NCBI GenBank assembly: GCA_011109175.1
Contig: RDEW01000064.1
Coordinates: forward strand, 8,872 to 72,871
Origin: Dicyema japonicum
Lineage: Eukaryota > Animalia > Dicyemida
Direction: 5' to 3'
DNA: 64,000 nucleotides
The notes under the pieces are model-generated. The model had not been told where the DNA came from and made no database searches. It saw nothing but the letters and a program-made list of their open reading frames with translations. Below are positions 63,810 to 64,000 of this stretch, in pieces. Position 1 is the stretch's first letter, and the number at the start of each line of letters is the position of its first letter. The position numbers and the translations under genes are program-made.

Positions 63810-64000
63810 TTAGTTTCTCAAGTTTTCCTTTATTTCTTCAATTTTTTTAAACCCAATCAATTCTGACCTGTTTAGGTTAATTAAAGTGGTAGGAAGGTTT
63901 TTTCTAATCTTGCCCATGTATCTGAGGATTTTCTTGTCGTCTGAGAAAAATACAAGATAGTTTTCAATGAAGGCAAATTTTCTCATAAACATAAAATACT
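63810..64000 (-). pseudogene. HtrL/YibB-like protein, copy 3, 3'-truncated; 5' part lies outside the window
   Basis: Nearly identical to copies 1 and 2 up to KKIEEIK (~63826), then unrelated sequence and a stop. Confidence 0.85.

Noticed and set aside
1-64000. Most antisense or overlapping ORFs under 130 aa in the track
   Set aside because: Shadows of TE or viral frames with no independent motifs.

Overview
AT-rich eukaryotic (animal-type) genomic DNA from a draft assembly with two N gaps. It is mostly a graveyard of decayed transposons: CRE-like and R4/Dong-like RLE retroelements, RTE and I-group LINEs, Ginger2/Tdd-like integrase transposons and hAT remnants. A few host genes are interspersed: an RRM gene, three HtrL/YibB-like copies, a C-type lectin, an aspartate aminotransferase-like gene and an ADAM-like gene. 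Manual splicing shows these genes are broken by GT-AG micro-introns of only 20-27 nt, which hides them from the ORF track and suggests a dicyemid-like or similarly reduced parasite (inference). Main discoveries: (1) two separate, decayed endogenous copies of a negative-strand RNA virus L polymerase (about 51.6-54.7 kb and 59.2-60.9 kb); (2) a Ginger2-like transposon with 24-bp TIRs and a 5-bp TSD whose integrase carries micro-introns, one at a position shared with a second integrase copy; (3) a locally multiplied, membrane-anchored, intron-bearing HtrL-like family. All family assignments come from motif recognition by eye; no searches were run. Boundaries of decayed elements are approximate.
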